Under the pieces are notes generated by a model. It was not told where the DNA came from, made no database searches, and saw nothing but the letters and a program-made list of their open reading frames with translations. A stretch of 64,000 bases of DNA, taken from the NCBI GenBank assembly GCA_965220935.1, contig OZ244857.1:2796450-2860449 (forward strand), read 5' to 3'. Origin of the DNA: Rhodothermales bacterium. Lineage in GTDB: Bacteria; Bacteroidota; Rhodothermia; Rhodothermales; Bin80. Below are positions 59,751 through 64,000 of this stretch, piece by piece (within the stretch, counting starts at the first letter, position 1; each line of letters opens with the position of its first letter). Made by a program: the position numbers and the translations under genes.

Positions 59751-61436
59751 TTATTTTGCTAGTAAAATTTGCCGTGTCTGTACAGTTCCATCACGCCCCT
59801 GTAAACGTATAAAATACGTCCCGCTAGGTAGATCAGTACCATCCCAGGATGCTTCAAAGATACCAGATTCATGAAATCTATCGGAAAGTATCGCGATTTC
59901 ATGGCCAGAAATATTAACAATTGATAATATGAGATGCTGCGCCTTGCGCACTTCATAAGAGATGACCGTTCTTGGATTAAACGGATTAGGATAACTTCCT
60001 ATTATTTCTACCGATGGAGGGGTGGCTTCGGTGCCGATTCCTAACTTGATCGTCCCCACCAGCTGAGCACCCTCATTCGGTGAATTCAGAACCAATCGAT
60101 AGAAAACCACTTGTTGAGGTGGAGTGATATCGGTATAGGACCATTGATCTGCGTCAAATGATTCTTCAACCTGCGCAAGTTCCTCAAAAATCTGTCCATC
60201 TTCAGAACGCTCAATCAAAAATGATGGAACAATTGGACTATGGCTTTGCCAAGAAAGCATGACACCCTCATCAAACACTATGCCCCGAAAATTGTAATCA
60301 AGTGATTCAATGATCGGACCACCAGGAAGATAATAATCTCTGATATTCTGCTGTTGAAAATACCTTAGAGACTCGGTTGATTCAAAATCAATCTCAAACA
60401 TATCTGGAGCGTTGATGGATTGACCTTTTGCAACTTGAATATGCAGAGCATTGCGCGCGGAGTTCCAGAGTCTGATATTGTCAAGTTTTCCAGAGAACTT
60501 TTGGCCCAGTTGATGATTTTCAAAATCTTCACGCCCGCCTAATGTGAGCGATTGTGATTGATTGAATTGCGTAGAGGTGAGATCTAAGAGAGAATCCGCA
60601 ATCACACCATCCAGATAAAGTTTCGTCCAGTTAGTTTTGCCATCGTTCACAACCGCAATATGATGCCAGCCCCCATCAGCCACAGGAGACTGCGTGACCA
60701 GTGTGACATGATGCCCCGATGTGTTACGGTAATAACGCATTCGCCCTTGAGCATCAACAACAAATTCCATAGGGTATAGAGTTGTACCTGATCCATCCCA
60801 TGTAGACAGTACAACCGTGTTTAGATTTGTTGTTTGAATCCACCACTCAAAGGTATAGGTGTCACTCAGTGACTCGAGCCATTGGGAATCAATGCGAAGA
60901 GGAGTCCGTTGTCCGTCAAAGGACAAGGCGGTTCCATCTTCCTCACTTTCGCGTGCTTGCAATTGAGCATCACGCAGAAACCCTTCGTGCTGGATATAGT
61001 TTGAACCAATCTTAACGGCTGGTGCCACAGATACATCTAGCGCCTCAAATCTGTTCTGAGAACTAGTTGTAATCATTAGGATCAGATCGTAGGTCCCCCT
61101 CAATGACTCAGCAGAAGATAACAGAAATTTTCCCTCAGAAAGACGGTCCACTTCAAGACTCACATGGCGATAGGCCTGACGAACAGCCGTTGCGGTAACC
61201 AATTCCCAGTCTGCGGGGATAAGAGCCAAGAATCCATTCTCAGATGGAACATTTTGCCACTGAGTAAAGAAATTGACCGTTGACCCAGGTTCAAATGTAG
61301 ACGGGAACCACATATCTTGTATCTGAGCGCAACTATCGGTTACCCGCGATAGTAACAAGATAGCAAGCAAACCAGAACACACTAAGCGATTCATGCTCCC
61401 ACACTTACCTTGATCTTTCAACAGATGATGCATCAC
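59751..61436 (-). CDS. secreted LamG-like jellyroll protein with T9SS (Por) C-terminal sorting domain
   Basis: DGGWHHIAVV..KLYLDG..FSGKLDNIRLWN (LamG); YPNPFNP...WDGTDLPSGTYFIRL. Confidence 0.85.
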   Translation of the reverse strand: MMHHLLKDQGKCGSMNRLVCSGLLAILLLSRVTDSCAQIQDMWFPSTFEPGSTVNFFTQWQNVPSENGFLALIPADWELVTATAVRQAYRHVSLEVDRLSEGKFLLSSAESLRGTYDLILMITTSSQNRFEALDVSVAPAVKIGSNYIQHEGFLRDAQLQARESEEDGTALSFDGQRTPLRIDSQWLESLSDTYTFEWWIQTTNLNTVVLSTWDGSGTTLYPMEFVVDAQGRMRYYRNTSGHHVTLVTQSPVADGGWHHIAVVNDGKTNWTKLYLDGVIADSLLDLTSTQFNQSQSLTLGGREDFENHQLGQKFSGKLDNIRLWNSARNALHIQVAKGQSINAPDMFEIDFESTESLRYFQQQNIRDYYLPGGPIIESLDYNFRGIVFDEGVMLSWQSHSPIVPSFLIERSEDGQIFEELAQVEESFDADQWSYTDITPPQQVVFYRLVLNSPNEGAQLVGTIKLGIGTEATPPSVEIIGSYPNPFNPRTVISYEVRKAQHLILSIVNISGHEIAILSDRFHESGIFEASWDGTDLPSGTYFIRLQGRDGTVQTRQILLAK

Positions 61437-61471
61437 TCAACTACGCAGAGTACCGAATGCATCGGTTAAGT

Positions 61472-61927
61472 TTATTCCCAACTCGCTGCGTTGAGAAGAG
61501 TAATATCTGGTATGTCAGATCCAATATAATCGTCTGAATCTGGATCCTGTAGCTTATAAATGGCAACCCGACCAGTATCGTTCAGGGCATATTCAAATGT
61601 ATTTCCAGTGCGAGGAGAATAGATCAGCGAATCCAAATCTAGTTCCACATCAAAAATACTGAGAGGATCATTGGAAACTAGTGAATCTTCATCTATCCAC
61701 ATCATGAGAGAATCCAAAGATCCAGGAAAACTATCTTCCATGCGTTCATAATGGGTGAGAGCAGTACGAACCTGTATCATTTGTTGCCGCGTCAATTGCG
61801 TCAAGGCTTGCTGACGCTCAACGGCTTCCCATGGCCCAGTAATTGACTGATAAAGCCAATAACCAAGTGCCACAATGAGAATCCCCATCATAGCCTGAAT
61901 AGCAATTTTAACGTTTTGATTGACCAT
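61472..61927 (-). CDS. hypothetical membrane-anchored protein
   Basis: N-terminal TM helix; 151-aa ORF in the core operon. Confidence 0.7.
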   Translation of the reverse strand: MVNQNVKIAIQAMMGILIVALGYWLYQSITGPWEAVERQQALTQLTRQQMIQVRTALTHYERMEDSFPGSLDSLMMWIDEDSLVSNDPLSIFDVELDLDSLIYSPRTGNTFEYALNDTGRVAIYKLQDPDSDDYIGSDIPDITLLNAASWE

Positions 61928-62087
61928 AACCTATGAGTAACTGTTTAAGATATCTAAATATAATGTTTAGTCACGAATCAGACCTGTGAATCAGGCTGTA
62001 ACTCGGAGCGGTATGTTTTGTTTTGTATATGAGTACTAATCTACATAAAATATAGATACCACACAAAACAACCTTCATCATTCATTT

Positions 62088-62831
62088 ATGATACTTGATG
62101 CTGTGGTGAATCTACTGATAAATATTGATCATGTTGCTACGCTGCGGAATGCACGCCGTGAAGCCTTTCCTGACCCCGTGAAGGCCGCCCGATTATGCGA
62201 GGAGTCTGGGGCAGATGGCATTGTCTTTCATTTGCGAGAAGATCGTCGACATATCAATGATCTAGATGTCAAGAGACTCAAACAGGTCGTTACGGGAAAA
62301 CTTGATTTTGAGCTTTCCACAAATGACTCAATTGTAGGTATCTGCTGCGAGACATGCCCTGATCTGGCAACACTTGTTCCCGAAAAGAGAGAGGAAATCA
62401 CTACCGAAGGCGGACTTAATGTCATTAAGCATAAGTCCCTGCTAACATCGACTGTAAGACGACTCAATCGTGCTGGTATTGCTGAGGTTGCTCTCTTTGT
62501 AGACCCTATCATAGATCAAATTAAAGCCGTCCTAGATACTGGGGCAACCTGCATAGAGCTCCATACAGGAGATTTTGCCAATGCAACCCACGATCAGTCT
62601 CAGGAATTATGTCAATTAAATGCTGCTGCTGAGTATGCGCATAACTCCCATCTCAAAGTTCATGCGGGACATGGGCTTGACTATGACAACTACAACCTAT
62701 TTGCACGCTCGGTTCCGCATGTCTGTGAGGTATCTATTGGGTTTGCAGTGATTGCAAGGTCCATTTATGTTGGTCTCGGTCAGGCGGTGGCCGAAATGTC
62801 ACACTTGGTCAAACGAACCCATGCCCTCTGA
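62088..62831 (+). CDS. pdxJ: pyridoxine 5'-phosphate synthase
   Basis: NIDHVATLRNAR, HLREDRRHI, LVPEKREEITTEGG, IELHTG and HAGHGL motifs. Confidence 0.97.
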   Translation: MILDAVVNLLINIDHVATLRNARREAFPDPVKAARLCEESGADGIVFHLREDRRHINDLDVKRLKQVVTGKLDFELSTNDSIVGICCETCPDLATLVPEKREEITTEGGLNVIKHKSLLTSTVRRLNRAGIAEVALFVDPIIDQIKAVLDTGATCIELHTGDFANATHDQSQELCQLNAAAEYAHNSHLKVHAGHGLDYDNYNLFARSVPHVCEVSIGFAVIARSIYVGLGQAVAEMSHLVKRTHAL

Positions 62832-63702
62832 TGATCACCAAAGCGGCTATGTCGCTTTGATTGGAAAACCGAATGTAGGCAAAAGCACCCTGATGAATGC
62901 CCTCATCGGACAAAAACTATCTATCGTTACCCGAAAAGCGCAAACAACTCGCCATCGCGTACTCGGAATTTTGACCAACGAAACCTCACAGATCATTTTT
63001 CTAGATACTCCTGGGATTATGCAACCCCGCACATCCTTAGATCAACTGATGATGCAAAAGGTGAGAGAATCTGTTGCAGATACCGATCTGATCGTCTTTC
63101 TCGAAGATGCTAGAGCCACAGAACCCGATCCTCAATGCCTCAAAGTCATTGTTGATCAACCTGCAATCCTAGTTCTTAACAAGATAGACTTAGTGCGGCC
63201 TGAGAGAATGCTTCCCCTACTTGAAGCCTACCATCAATCGCGCGCATTTGAAGCCTTAATTCCTATCAGCGCGCTGACTGGAGAAAACCTTGAATCTCTA
63301 ATATCAGAAATCCGTGCGTTTCTCCCTGTGGGCCCTGCATTCTATCCACCAGAAATGATTAGCGAGCACCCCGAGCGATTTTTTGTTGCAGAAATTATTC
63401 GCGAAAAAGTTTTTGAAAAATTTAGACAAGAAGTGCCCTATTCATCAACAGTTACGATCTCAAATTTTGTGGAACGCCCCAGAGCCAAAGATCTTATTGA
63501 AGCTGACATTGTGATAGAGCGCCCTAGTCAAAAAGGGATCTTACTTGGAGCGAAAGCGCATGCACTCAAATCTGTTGGAATTGCTGCTCGACGTGATATT
63601 GAAGCATTTTTAGGTCGAGAAGTTTACTTGAAGCTCTTTGTTCGGGTTCGTAAGGATTGGAGAAATCGAGATCATTTTTTGCGATCTTTCGGATACAAAT
63701 AG
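62821..63702 (+). CDS. era: GTPase Era
   Basis: GKPNVGKST, QTTR, DTPG, NKID, EIIREK..EVPY and a KH-domain SQKGILLG. Confidence 0.97.
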   Translation: MPSDDHQSGYVALIGKPNVGKSTLMNALIGQKLSIVTRKAQTTRHRVLGILTNETSQIIFLDTPGIMQPRTSLDQLMMQKVRESVADTDLIVFLEDARATEPDPQCLKVIVDQPAILVLNKIDLVRPERMLPLLEAYHQSRAFEALIPISALTGENLESLISEIRAFLPVGPAFYPPEMISEHPERFFVAEIIREKVFEKFRQEVPYSSTVTISNFVERPRAKDLIEADIVIERPSQKGILLGAKAHALKSVGIAARRDIEAFLGREVYLKLFVRVRKDWRNRDHFLRSFGYK

Positions 63703-64000
63703 TTCACCCGTAGGCCATCGCGTACAATGCGCAGATACGATGGTGGGACCTCTGCAATTGTGTGGAGAGGAAACGCACGCCGGGGCGGATAGGTACGTCG
63801 AAGCCGACGAAACCTTTCGGCGACTTTGGGTCCTGGAAGTGACTGGATCTGGCTCATACGCGCATGATCTGCCTCAATATCATATAAATTTTTTGTGAAT
63901 TGATCCAACCAGTTTTCTTGAAAAGGCAATGAGATCACTTTGGGAAGATTCTGCCTCAATAGCGCTTGGTAGTTCCATCTTGGTTGAACCATAAAATGTT
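63672..64000 (-). CDS. pdxB: 4-phosphoerythronate dehydrogenase, C-terminal part (gene runs off the window)
   Basis: LYDIEADHARM..FRRLRRTYPPRRAF resembles the PdxB C-terminal dimerisation domain; pdxJ is nearby. Confidence 0.7.
   Translation of the reverse strand, partial: HFMVQPRWNYQALLRQNLPKVISLPFQENWLDQFTKNLYDIEADHARMSQIQSLPGPKVAERFRRLRRTYPPRRAFPLHTIAEVPPSYLRIVRDGLRVNYLYPKDRKK

Overview
Bacterial chromosome segment, most likely Bacteroidota/Rhodothermota-like. This rests on a T9SS-type C-terminal sorting domain and TAnnTTTG promoter motifs. Sel1-repeat genes, IS elements and pseudogenes hint at a host-associated lifestyle (inference). From left to right: (1) a six-gene + strand cluster ending in a lipoprotein and ZorA/ZorB-like (MotA/MotB-type) genes; (2) an ISL3 relic with a nested, intact-ended two-gene IS256-family element, one gene being a catalytically degenerate transposase paralogue; (3) a HEPN-TM-Sel1 fusion gene; (4) metabolic and transport genes plus a second ISL3 relic; (5) aspS, then tRNA-Lys(UUU) split at position 34/35 by a 323-nt group I intron, then tRNA-Leu(GAG); (6) a polyamine-type ABC transporter; (7) a decaying ~19.5-kb defence island with CARF-HEPN, a type III-B Cmr module (Cmr6-Cmr1 fusion, broken cas10 and cas6, no array or cas1/2), an RT-nitrilase (DRT1-like), an AlbA_2/Schlafen-ATPase, a tnpB fragment and a PIN relic; (8) core genes (beta-CASP RNase, transaldolase, PP2C, pdxJ, era, pdxB). 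All calls come from motif recognition by eye; no database searches were run.
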